Source: Mustelus asterias (taxonomy: Eukaryota). Taken from it: a stretch of 64,000 nucleotides of DNA. Each line of letters opens with the position of its first letter. Position 1 is the first letter of the stretch. The translations under genes and the position numbers were made by a program. Below are positions 13,071-24,574 of this stretch, one piece after another. The DNA lies in assembly GCF_964213995.1 (NCBI RefSeq), contig NC_135827.1, positions 20,336,001 to 20,400,000 on the forward strand, written 5' to 3'. Under the pieces are notes generated by a model. The model was not told the DNA's origin and did no database searches. It worked only from the letters and a program-made list of their open reading frames with translations.

Positions 13071-13230
13071 TAGAAACATAGAAACACTACAGTGCAGAAG
13101 GAGACCATTTGGCCCATCGAGGTTTCACTGACAACAATCCTGACCAGGCCCTATCCCCGTAACCCCACATATTTACCCCACTAATCTCTTTAACCTGCAC
13201 ATCCCAGGACACTAAGGGGCAATTTAGCAT
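13071..13230 (-). mobile_element. V-SINE 3' half
   Basis: tagaaacatagaaacactacagtgcagaaggag...ggggcaatttagcat. Confidence 0.85.
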
Positions 13231-13276
13231 GTGTTGATAGCATCCCTTACTCTGAGCAAGAAGCTTGGGGTACATT

Positions 13277-13628
13277 TGTTTTTATATTCATTCATGGGAC
13301 GTGGGTGTCGCTGGCTGGGCCAGCATTTATTGCCCATCCATAGTTGCCCTTGGAAGGCAGTTGAGAGTCAACCACATTGCTGTGGCTCTGGCGTCACATG
13401 TAGGCCAGACCAGGTAACGACTGCAAATTTCTTTCGCTTAAGGACATTAGTGAATCAGATGGGTTTTTCCGACAATCGACAATGGTTTCATGGTCATCAG
13501 TGGATTCTCAATTCCAGGTTTTTTTATTGAATTCAAATCCCACCATCTGCCGTGACAGGATTTGAACCTGGATATTAGCTGAGCTTCTGGATTAATAGTC
13601 TGGCAATAATACCACTAGGCCATCACTT
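13277..13628 (-). mobile_element. SINE family C
   Basis: Reverse complement of 12657-13025. Confidence 0.85.
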
Positions 13629-13987
13629 TCACAAATCCCATGAATCCCACTCCAGGACTTGATGGCCAAGGGATGTGTGTTCATAACAAGGCCAAGCAGG
13701 TTGAATATTAACTTGTCAATCCTTCCAACATGCACCCATGGAAGGTGCTAAGAGTGGGAGGGACTCCTGGTCAGCCATGTGATGGAAAGAAAGCTGGAGC
13801 CCCCACCATCATTATACATAGCTCTGAACTACAATGATTATGTTAAAGTGCATGTTGCCATGGCAACTCAGACTCCCTGCAGGGGCTGGTTGGCTGGTGT
13901 GGATAGGATTGGTGCCAGATAGGGAGAACACTGATGAAATTCTAGACTACCATGTTTTGGGCAGGTAAAATATTTTTACTATAGCAA

Positions 13988-14100
13988 TAAAACCAAAATA
14001 CTGTGTGGATGCTGGAAATCTGAAATAAAAACAGAAAGTGTTGGATAAACTCAGCTGCATCTGTGGAGAGAGACAGAGTTAATGTTCCGGGTATAAACTA
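13988..14100. mobile_element. Penelope-like LTR remnant (older family)
   Basis: aaatactg...ggatgctggaaatctgaaataaaaacagaaag...gcatctgtggagagagacagagttaatgtt, recognised as a common shark PLE-derived motif. Confidence 0.55.
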
Positions 14101-14146
14101 TTCTTCTACAGAACAGATATATATTTATTGACTCCCTCACCCTTCA

Positions 14147-14440
14147 GGGCAGGGTGGCACGGTGGCACAGTGGTTAGCACTGCTGCCTCACGGTCTGGGT
14201 TTGATTCCTAACTTGGGTCACTGTCTGTGTGGAATCTGCATGTTCTCCCCATGTCTGTGTGGGTTTCCTCCAGGTGCTTCAGTTTCCTCCTACAGTCAGA
14301 AAGACATGCTGGTTAAGTGCATTGGCCATATTAAATTCTCCCTCAGTGTACCCGAACAGGCACTGGAGTGTGGCAACTAGGGGATTTTCACAGTAACTTT
14401 GCTGCAATGTTAATGTAAGCCTACATGTGACACTAATACA
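14147..14440 (+). mobile_element. V-SINE family B
   Basis: ggcacggtggcacagtggttagc head through gtgacactaata tail. Confidence 0.9.
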
Positions 14441-15140
14441 TACACTTCAACTTCTATATGTCCCCCTGGGCCACATACTATTCCCAGGCCAAGAGTGTCG
14501 GCAGACAACCACTTTCAATGTGCCATGAGCACCCCTGGGCTGCCCACTAAGAGGAGAAGGCAGCAGCCTGGAGTGGTACATTGAGGGTGACCACAGAAGA
14601 AGGGTCAGAGTTGAAGTGAAGTGTTGATGTCTGTCAGCAAACATTGACTCTGGGGCCCAATCTTACTAAACCTGATAGTTTGAAGTCCTGTGTCCTCACA
14701 ACCCTAGTAGAATATTTTCATTGCATACTCCAGCTTTTTGTACACTTGTTTCTTTTCCTCCAGGTTGTATTGATTTTAGGACAGTACTGTATAGTGTTAA
14801 AACAGCCACTGGGAGATAGATTCATGATCAATATGCGTCTCGAAAGCATTTGATTCCAATTTTTACCTCATCTACATTAAGTCGCATTGTAGCTTTCATA
14901 CCACCATCAGTGAAAATGGCAAACTTCTTCCAATTTCACTTTAAACTCCTCAAAAGAAGTATAATAACTCCAGGAGTCGGCTGTAAAGAAATGGTGTTTA
15001 TTGCACAATATAAAGCAAAGCAAAACCATAAGTCTGATGAACACAAAGAGGTCCCAACTGGAACAATACAATAATGGACCCACTCAGGGGCCTGCTTTAT
15101 ACATGGCTCGGTATACAAGTTCCACCTGGTAAGGTAATTC

Positions 15141-15478
15141 ATAGAATCAGAGAATTATAGAATCCCTACAGTGCAGAAGGAGGTCATTTGGTCCATTGAG
15201 TCTGCACCAACAACAATCCCACCCAGGCCCTATCCCCGCAACCCCACTAATCCCTCTAACCTATGCATCCCAGGACACTAAGGGGCAATTTATCATGTTC
15301 AATCATACCCGCACATCTTTGGACTGTGGGAGGAAACCGCAGCACCCGGAGGAAACCCACGTAGACACGGGGAGAACGTGCAAACTCCACACAGACAGTG
15401 ACCCAAGCCGGGGAATCGAACCTGGGTCCCTGGCGTTGTGAGGCAGCAGTGCTAACCACTGTGCCACCGCGCCGCCCC
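15141..15478 (-). mobile_element. V-SINE (HE1-like)
   Basis: Complete copy on the minus strand. Confidence 0.9.
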
Positions 15479-16263
15479 ACAGGCAATGATTGCCAATCAT
15501 CAGGGAGCTCATATTCTATGAGTCCTACAGGGAGATCAATCAGCGATTCTCCATGCAAGTCCTGGGGATTACCAGAAGAAGTTAGATGACTCACTCTCCT
15601 GGAAACATTTGCTCCCGTTGCTCAGATTCCCCATCACGTGATTCCTCTGAAACTGGGAACAAACTATATAGGGCGAGGACTGGAGGTCAGTAACCTGTGA
15701 TTCTGCGATGCAGTGTGCCAGTACATTAATGATAATGTCCTATAATTACCAATACTTATAAATTGAAGAACAATTTCTTTTCATATTCATTTTTTATATT
15801 TTTAGCCAAGGTAAAATGATGCACATGGCAAACTGATAGAACAAAATGTTACAGCGGTAAACTACATAACACACTCAAGGCAGGTGTGACATTTTGTCTG
15901 GCACATCTATTCTCAATAACGATACTACGAGTATTGTATGCGCTGATGAACAGCTGGATGTCAAGTTTGAAATTCTTCAGCCATTTGGCATCCTCCTCAT
16001 CAGCCTGGTGTAGGGGTAGTGAGATCATCACTGAAGCGCAGGTCAGGGCGCTTGTTGGTTATACGCACCATGGTTTGCACTTTGCCACAGTTGCACGGGA
16101 GTGTGCCACGGTGTCTCCAGCAGAAGAGATTGTTGGGGCAAAGCCCAACTCCAATGTGAAACCTGTTCAGTTTGACCCATTCGCCACGCAGGAGGTCCAT
16201 TGGCCTTTCCAATGTGGGATCAGCAACCAGGTGTTGACTCTGGGCTGCGTTGTTGGTGTTGTG

Positions 16264-16697
16264 ATGTGGAGATGCCGGCGTTGGACTGGGGTAAACACAG
16301 TAAGAAGTCTCACAACACCAGGTTAAAGTCAAACAGGTTTATTTGGTAGCAAATACCATAAGCTTTCGGAGCACTGCTCCTTCGTCAGATGAAGTGGAAA
16401 TGTGCTCTCAAACAGTGCATTTATATAAATGCCATATAAATGCCAGTTTGCCATATAAAAATATAAATGCAAACTGTTCTGTCTGGAGACAATACACAGC
16501 TCTTTAGCCTGTGTTGAATGCTCCCTCTACCCACTTTGTCTGTACCTTTAAGACCTGGCTGGCTGTAGAGATTCGCATTCTAATTAGTTTTCTGTAACTT
16601 GATTTCTGTGTCTGTGCACTGTTTGAGAGCACATTTCCACTTCATCTGACGAAGGAGCAGTGCTCCGAAAGCTTATGGTATTTGCTACCAAATAAAC
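16264..16697. mobile_element. Penelope-like element: inverted LTR pair
   Basis: atgtggagatgccggcgttggactgg start; arms about 16330-16419 and 16615-16704; ttgttggtgttgtg duplicated at 16250-16263 and 16698-16711. Confidence 0.85.
16640..16680 (+). ncRNA. Minimal type-I hammerhead ribozyme motif in PLE LTR (mirror copy on minus strand about 16355-16395)
   Basis: CTGACGA-a-GGAGC agt GCTCC-GAAA-gctt, with short stem I cat/atg. Confidence 0.7.
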
Positions 16698-19050
16698 TTG
16701 TTGGTGTTGTGCCAGAGATCTTCCACAGGTCCGCAGTGGAACTGCCCGGCTCGAACAGGTTGGTCCAGACTGGCCACCTTGAGATGAGGCTTTTGCTGGG
16801 TGGATGGATGATGTCTTTTCCCAGTAGCAGGCCCAGATCTTTGTGCACTCTTTCTGGCAATCGTGCTGTGCTAGCTACACACTGGATGTGTGGTGACGCA
16901 ACGTTGCAGAGCACAGGCAGCCAATTTGTGTTTGTTGACCGAATTGCTCCTGAGATGTTCCTCATGGTCTCATTCAGCTGGACAGCTACCAGTTTGAAGT
17001 CGGTTATTGGGTTAACGCTAACCCATTGTAGAGGGGACAAAACACGTGGTCCAGAAACCATTAACCACAACAGCAGTCTCAATGAGATAACTTCATCCAC
17101 TTTCCCTGCAGAGGAGACAGGCCAGGCCAGGAATACAGCAGAGGTGTTTCACTTTATGTAATTAGGAAGAGGAATGATGAGCCTGTGGCCCTTGTACAGT
17201 TTAAGGAGATCGTCGATCAATCTTTTGCATAAAGGTTAAACGGTCGGGGATAAATTTCACCAGCAGTCCTCTCAGTCCTCCGCTTTTACATCGTTCACAC
17301 TGTTTTTCTGGGGAGCTAGCATGGCTGATTTTATCAACGTTACAATGAATGAGCAATGTCCTTCTGCTCATTTGCCCATACGGCTAAACAAATACTTTAC
17401 ATGATGCAGAGCTGAAACCCCAGAAGGTTAGAGATAGCCTGACTTTCTGATATCTGCACGTGATTTCAGTTAAAGCATCTATTATAAAATTTAATGTTAT
17501 TAACATTTTAATAGACACAATAAGATGACTGACCAAGTAAAGTCTGCCATGTTAACCTACCATGTCCTATGTACCCTCTGCAGCATTCAGTACAGACATG
17601 TTATCTGTCTACAAACATCTGTACAAGATAATTTCTATGTATTCCTAATCCTCAATATAACATGGAAGTAGAGCTACACAGCAGGTCTTCATTGACACTG
17701 ACTGTAATCTTCTTACATATAGTATTTCAATCTGGTGAAAGAATATTGTCAGAGCCTCGAAAGGTCAGTATTGTTCAATGATGTAAGCTTTACAGATAAC
17801 ACTAGGCTGCTATGCTGCAAAACCACAACCAAAATCCCATACTCCAAGGACTCCTCTGACTATATTGAGTTGCTTCCCATTGAATACTGCAGGTTCGAGT
17901 TGTCATTCCACCTGCTGAATCATTAAACAGCAGAGAGAGTCTCAGGCGCGGCAAGCTAACAGAATGCGAGGCTTGCGAACGTTACAAATTGTCCTAATCT
18001 TTGACAAGTCCCATCTGTGGGTTTAAAATCCTTGAGCAGATGCTGGATAAATGACACTGTCATCTGGCTGGAAGCCTGAGAGTATACCAAAGAGTGAGCA
18101 GCTTACCCAGGACGCAAGCCACGACTCGAGGCCGCTGACATAAAGCTGTACTTTGGAACAGCTTTACGGAGTCAGTGGCAGGATGGTTACCTCCTTAGGG
18201 ACGCACTTAACCCTAACGCCATGCCTACTGTCGTGGAACAAAGACTTCGTCTCTTGACTGCGAAGGCAGCCATTTAGCGTCTGGGTGTGTGTGGAGAGGC
18301 TTGGGTGGGGGAGGGGGGAGTCATTTTATTTTACTAAAACCAAGTCTGGTAATGACCAGGGACTGTGCAAATGTTGTCAACCTCTGGAGAACGCAAAAGC
18401 TCGGCTGTACCAATTAATGAAGAAAATAAATTGAATCATTCGATTTTTCTCTGTAAAAAAAATAAATAATATTCCAGGCCTTCTGTCAACACTTCGATGA
18501 CTTTCCAAGCAGGCCAAATTCCTGGAAGAGCTAAATTAGCAGCTGCATTGAAAATATTATGGGCCATCCATGGCCTACTGTGGTACATTAATGTGATTTA
18601 AATGTTTAGAATGCATTTATCATTCTTAACGTTATTATTTATAGCTTAATTTCAAGTTGCAATGGTTGGATGAGCAAAGACAATTGGAGATGCAAAGATG
18701 TTATTACAGCATTGATCAACCAACGCACACTATTGTTTTCAGACAGGCCAACTTCCTTGCAAGGTACTGGGTCGAATAATACTGTCCTCCCGGTTTAGTC
18801 TGATTTATAATTTGTTGGAATTGGACAATATTCTAAACCTCAATCCAATCTGAACTCACCCAACCATCGCCAACAGTAAACAACACTGTCTGTTTTTCAT
18901 CTTGTCACCTAATCATTGTGAGAATTTGTTGAGGTGGATTTAAAACCAATTCATGGATCACAAACTACAGGAGAAAAGTGTAATAATCTCATTTTTTAAA
19001 AAATCGATCTGTTTTCCCTTTTTTTCATATCGAGCGGTATTCTTTTAATC

Positions 19051-19357
19051 TGGCAGCATGGTGGCACAGTGGTTAGCATTGCTGCCCCACAGCGCAGGGA
19101 ACCTGAGTTCAATTCCAGACTTGGGTCACTGTCTGTGTGGAGTCTGCACATTCTCCCCGTGTCTGCGTGGGTTTCCTTTTCTCCCATACTCCAAAGATAT
19201 GCGGGTTAGGTGGATTGGCTGTGCACAATTGCTCCTTAGTGTCGGGGGACTAGCTAAGGTAAATGCATGGGGTTACTGGGATAGGGCCTGGGTGGGATTG
19301 TGGTCGGTGCTGACGCAATGGGCCGCATGGTCTCCTTCCGCACTGTAGTAATCTATG
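19051..19357 (+). mobile_element. V-SINE (HE1-like)
   Basis: Head, V-domain and tail present. Confidence 0.9.
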
Positions 19358-20444
19358 AAAATATCACACTAATTTTTAATACAAAGAACAAAAAACAAAG
19401 AACAGTACAGCACAGGAAACAGGCCCTTCGGCCCTCCAAGCCTGTGCCGCTCAATGGTCCAACTAGACCATTCGTTTGTATCCCTCCATTCCCAGAATGC
19501 TCATGTGACTATCGAGGTAAGTCTTAAACGATGCCAGCGTGTCTGCCTCCACCACCCTACTTGGCAGCGCATTCCAGGCCCCACCACTCTCTGTATAAAA
19601 AACGTCCCTCTGATATCTGAGTTATACCTCGCCCCTCTCACCTTGAGCCCATGACCCCTCGTGATTGTCACCTCCGACCTGGGAAAAAGCTTCCCACTGT
19701 TCACCCTATCTATACCCTTCATAATTTTGTACACCTCTATTGGGTCTCCCCTCATTCTCCGTCTTTCCAGGGAGAACAAGCCCAGTTTACCCAATCTCTC
19801 CTCATAGCTAAGACCCTCCATACCAGGCAACATCCTGGTAAACCTTCTCTGCACTCTCTCTAAAGCCTCCATGTCCTTCTGGTAGTGCGGCAACCAGAAC
19901 TGGATGCAGTACTCCAAATGTGGCCTAACCAGCGTTCTATACAGCTGCAACATCAGACTCCAGCTTTTATACTCTATACCCCGTCCTATAAAGGCAAACA
20001 TACCATATGCCTTCTTCACCACCTTCTCCACCTGTGCTGCCACCTTCAAGGATTTGTGGACTTGCACACCTAGGTCCCTCTGTGTTTCTATACTCTTGAT
20101 GGCTCTGCCATTTATTGTATAACTCTCCCCTACATTAGTTCTTCCAAAATGCATCACTTCGCATTTATCTGGATTAAATTCCATCTGCCATTTCTCCGCC
20201 CAATTTTCCAGCCTATCTATATCCTGCTGTATTGTCCGACAATGTTCATCGCTATCCGCAAGTCCAGCCATCTTCGTGTCATCCGCAAACTTGCTGATAA
20301 CACCAGTTACACCTTCTTCCAAATCATTTATATATATCACAAATAGCAGAGGTCCAGTACAGAGCCTTGCGGAACACCACTGGGCACAGACCTCCAGCCA
20401 GAAAAAGACCCTTCGATTGCTACTCTCTGTCTCCTGTGGCCAAG

Positions 20445-20679
20445 ATGTGGAGATGCCGGCGTTGGACTGGGGTGAACATAGTAAGACATCTCACAACACC
20501 AGGTTAAAGTCCAACAGGTTTATTTGGTAGCAAATACCATAAGCTTTCGGAGCACTGCTCCTTCGTCAGATGGAGTGGAAATTTCCACTCCATCTGACGA
20601 AGGAGCAGTGCTCCGAAAGCTTATGGTATTTGCTACCAAATAAACCTGCTGGACTTTAACCTGGTGTTGTGAGACTTCT
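20445..20679. mobile_element. Penelope-like fold-back insertion in CR1 RT
   Basis: Loopless palindrome centred at 20581/20582; tcctgtggccaag duplicated at 20432-20444 and 20680-20692. Confidence 0.9.
20588..20630 (+). ncRNA. Minimal hammerhead ribozyme motif (mirror copy on minus strand about 20533-20575)
   Basis: ccat-CTGACGA-a-GGAGC agt GCTCC-GAAA-gctt-atgg. Confidence 0.72.
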
Positions 20680-21288
20680 TCCTGTGGCCAAGCCAGTTCT
20701 CTATCCATCTAGCCACCTCTCCTTGTATCCCATGAGCCTTAACCTTCTTAACCAACTTGCCATGAGGGACTTTGTCAAATGCCTTACTGAAATCCATATA
20801 GACGACATCCACGGCCCTTCCTTTGTCAACCGTTTTTGTCACTTCCTCAAAAAACTCCACCAAATTTGTAAGGCACGACTTCCCTCTTACAAAACCATGC
20901 TGTCTGTCACTAATGAGATTGTTCCTAATGTGCCTAATCATTTGTTATTGTTTATATAATGCTATATTTTGGAATGGTTTTGGGGGGAGTTGCAGACACA
21001 GGACATTTTAAATAGAGGGGTGCATTACAGTAGGCTCTCACTGGCCAAACCCTTATCCTTTGTAGATTAATTGGACCTCTCCACTCTCCCACCATACATC
21101 TCTCAGGAAAAAACATTTGATTGCTTTTTCAACCTATTGATATGATGTTGTGCAATGGTAACTTGATGATTTGCTCTACAATCCCACTACTCTTTGTGTG
21201 AGGTTACCTGACCTTCTCTTTCATTCCTAACTTTTGAATTTGAATCCACAGCAGGAGCTTTTTCCCTGTGTACCTTGGGTCCTTTCAC

Positions 21289-21643
21289 CGAGTGGCACAG
21301 TGGTTAGCACTGCTGCCCCTCAGTGCCAGGGACCCGGATTCAATTCCCACCTTGGGTAACTGTGTGGAGCTTGTACATTCTACCTGTGTCTGCATGGGTT
21401 TCCTCCGGGTGCTCCAGCTTCCTCCTACAAAGATGTAGTCCAAAGATGTGCAGTTAGGTGGATTGGTCACGTTAAATTGTCCTTTCGTGTCCTAAACTGT
21501 GCAGGTTAGGTGGATTAGCCATGGAGAATGCATGGGGCTTATGGGAATAGGGCAGGGTGGACCTGGCGTAAGATGCTCCTTCTGAGAGTCATTTCAGACT
21601 CGATGGCCTGATTGGCCTTGTTCTGCACTGTAGGAATCCTATG
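21289..21643 (+). mobile_element. V-SINE (HE1-like)
   Basis: gtggcacagtggttagcactgctg...ctgcactgtaggaatcctatga. Confidence 0.85.
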
Positions 21644-21685
21644 AAATGCAGCTCCCAAGTCCACGTGAGTGAACAATGAGACTGA

Positions 21686-22210
21686 GGGCGGGATTTTACC
21701 AGCTGAAGAGACCACTGCCAACAGGACTGGTGTCCATTTGATGTCAGCAGCCTATTTCTCAGAGTCTATTCAGAGAGCCAGCAGCTCAAAAACCTCAGTA
21801 GCACAACCAATTGAGGGAAGGAGGGTGTGCCTCACCATTAAAGCATCTTTAATGTGCTGGGTCAATGCTTTTTAAATGTACTAGGGCTAGGCAAACAAGC
21901 CTGGGAGGTGTGAATCCTTCAGTGGTGGCATCAGAAGCGCTGGGAGGCCATCTCAATCTACCTGGTCGTCCTCCCATGCAATGAGGAGTCATCCCAACAA
22001 CGGTGAGATGGAGCAGGAGATAGCAAATGGCTGCTGAAAGGCCTGTTCATTGGTTACCTGTTTTCAGTCAGCAGGCAGCCAAGCAGCTGCCATTCCTGCC
22101 TCTCACAGTATGATGTGGCAACAGAAAGAAAATCAGGCTTGCCTCTCAATGCCTTTTTAGCAGCCTCCTGCTTCCCAGCCCATATCACAGGCCTGGTAAA
22201 ATCACGACTC
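21686..22210. mobile_element. Old Harbinger-like MITE
   Basis: gggcgggattttacc ... ggtaaaatcacgact imperfect terminal inverted repeats. Confidence 0.5.
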
Positions 22211-22214
22211 ATGT

Positions 22215-22403
22215 AGAATCAGAGAATAGAATCATAGGATCCCTACAGTGCAGAAGGAGGCCATTCGACCCATTGAGTTTTCACTGACAACAATCCCACC
22301 CAGGCCCTATCACTGTAACCCCACATATTCACCCAGCTAATCCCACTGACACTAAAGGGAAATTTAGCTTGGCCAATCAACCAAACCTGCAATCTTTGGG
22401 ACA
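22215..22403 (-). mobile_element. V-SINE 3' half
   Basis: agaatcataggatccctacagtgcagaaggagg... Confidence 0.85.
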
Positions 22404-22574
22404 CATTACTTAAAATCATTGGTTTAACCATTTGAAAAATTGAATCTCTTTCATAATCTTGAAAACTTCAAATCTTACCTCAAAGCCTCCTTCTCCCGAA
22501 AATAATGAGATAGGAATTTTTATTGGGCAATATAACTGAATATGTGATATATATATATATATATATATTTGGAT

Positions 22575-23232
22575 GAAATGTATACTTGGATGAAAACGTA
22601 GATGGGTGGGTTAGTAAGTTTGCCAATGACACAAAGATAGGTGGAGATGTGGATAGTGTTGAAGGTTGTCAAAGGATACAGCAGGGTATAGATCAATTGC
22701 AGATATGGGTGGAGACGTGGCAGATGGAGTTTAATCCGGGCAAGTGTGAGGTGCTGCACTTCGGGAGATCAAATACTAAGAGTAAGTATACAATTAATGG
22801 CAGGACACCGAACAGCATTAATGCACAGATGGATCTTGGGGTTTAAGTCAATAGCTCCTTGAAAGTGGTCACACAAGTAGACAGGGTGGTAAAGAAGGCG
22901 TATGGCATGCTTGCCTTTATTGGTCGGGGCAATAGATACAATGTTATGTTGCAGCTTTGGTTAGGCCGCACTTAAGAGAATTGTGTTCAGTTCTGGTTGC
23001 CACATTACAGGAAGGATGTGGAGGCTTTGGAGAGGGTGCAGAAGAGGTTTACCAGGATGCTGCTTGGATTTGAGGGCAGGAACTATAAGGAAAGGTTGGA
23101 CAACCTAAGGTTGTTTTTTCTGGAGCAGTGGAGGCTGAGGGGAGACCTGATAGAAGACTGTAAAATAATGAGAAGCATAGATAGGGTTGACCAGTCAGAA
23201 TCTTTTTCCCAGAGTTGAAATGTCTAATACTG
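22575..23232 (+). mobile_element. Degraded CR1 RT/C-terminal fragment
   Basis: SKFANDTKIGG...WQMEFNPGKC...PHYRKDVEALERVQKRFTR; preceded by (TA)n at 22547-22568. Confidence 0.9.
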
Positions 23233-23262
23233 GGATTTGAGTATAGGAATAGGGATGTTTTA

Positions 23263-24164
23263 CTGTCAGAGCCAAGATTGGCGCAGTCGCTGTGGCCCCT
23301 GTCTCCTGGCCTCCCAGTTGCTGGCCAGTCCCATGACCGCCGCAACACTGACCGTGCGATCTTCCTCCCCCACCCCATGGTCTAATTGCGGGCCCCCTGA
23401 ACATTCCCAGGCCAGCCCTGATCAACCCTCTCCCCGGCCCACCCAATCTCCACCCCCCCCCACCCCCCCCGCCGATCCCTCTCCCCCCCCCCCAAAAGTG
23501 TCAACTGCTCCCCTCCAACCCGCCCCCCCCTCCCCCGCAACCCCGACTCCCCCCTCCCACCCAAGCAGCCTGACCCCCCTCCCCGATGACCAGCCCCAAT
23601 CGCTGACCTCCCTCTCTACCCACCGATCCTGACTACAGAGAGGCAGTGCCCCTTTGCCACTGCCTCATGCCCGATGGGCAGTGCCAGTGGACCCAGGGTG
23701 GAACTGCCAGAGCATCAATGCCAAGGGGGCACCCCTTACTATGCCGAACCCTCTGGGGGTGGGGGGGGCCCAATTAATCCCCTTCACTCTCGCAGGGTCA
23801 GGCCACCAGCACCCTGAATGCGGGGAGCTACTGTAAACTCCGCTGGAGTGAAATACTCCTGGGGGGGGGTGGGGGTGGGGTGGGCTGGGGGGGTGCGGTG
23901 GCGGAGGGGGACGTGGAAAGGCTAGCAGGCCCAGAGATTTCAGTCCAGGGCCTGCTAAGTGTATTTAAATTACATTAAAATTCTTACTTAAATAATTCAT
24001 GAAGGTCCACATTTATTTTGGGCGTGGAGCGGACGGTGCCGGAAGTCTGGCGTTGGGAATCGTGCTTGGGGCCGGATGCCCAGCACGGATTGCACTAATG
24101 CGGCCCCATTGAAACCTCCCACCCCACTGCGCTAAGAAATCAGCGGGATGGGAGAATCGCCCCC
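23263..24164. mobile_element. GC-rich Harbinger-like non-autonomous element missing one end
   Basis: Ends cagcgggatgggagaatcgccccc, the reverse complement of the 48471 start; interior matches the reverse complement of 48700-49410. Confidence 0.8.
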
Positions 24165-24319
24165 TATATATAGCTCTTGAGGCTAAAGGAATCAAGGAAT
24201 ATGGGGGAAAGGGGGGAACCAGGATATTGAATTTGATGATCAGCCATGATCATAATGAATGGCAGAACAGGCTCGAAGGGCTGAATGGCCAACTCCTGAT
24301 TCTAGTTTCTATGTTTCTA
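24165..24319 (+). mobile_element. CR1 3' end
   Basis: gctcttgaggctaaagg...gatcagccatgat...tttctatgtttct. Confidence 0.85.
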
Positions 24320-24574
24320 AGCCACAATTACCAAAGTGATCTGAAACTTTCTGAATCTGGTTGTGACGCTCTTTACACTGCTTCCACTTTCACTATTGGC
24401 TGCAGGTTTAATCAATGATATTTTCATCAACTGTTCCAAAGTCAAGAAAAAGCAAAGAGGGTCCCAAGGCCTCAAATAAGCTTTCCAGTCTTAATCTTTC
24501 TCAATCTTAAAGGATTCCTTTTCTAGCAATCATTTCTTGTTTTCCAAATAACATCTGTCCAGTAGAAGTTTTTT

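Larger units (their letters stand above)
15925..17005 (-). mobile_element. Vingi/Ingi-like (I-group) LINE C-terminus, split by a Penelope insertion
   Basis: VQLNETMRNISGAIRSTNTNWLPVLCNVASPHI...; WVKLNRFHIGVGLC...W...CNCGKVQTM..I (zinc knuckle)...LHQADEEDAKWL. Confidence 0.7.
19382..20925 (-). mobile_element. CR1 LINE ORF2 (RT and C-terminus), 5'-truncated
   Basis: QHGFVRGKSCLTNL...YMDFSKAFDKVPH (20633-20941) and IYINDL...KFADDTK...WQMEFNPDKC (19501-20340); ACAAAGA-type tail. Confidence 0.95.
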
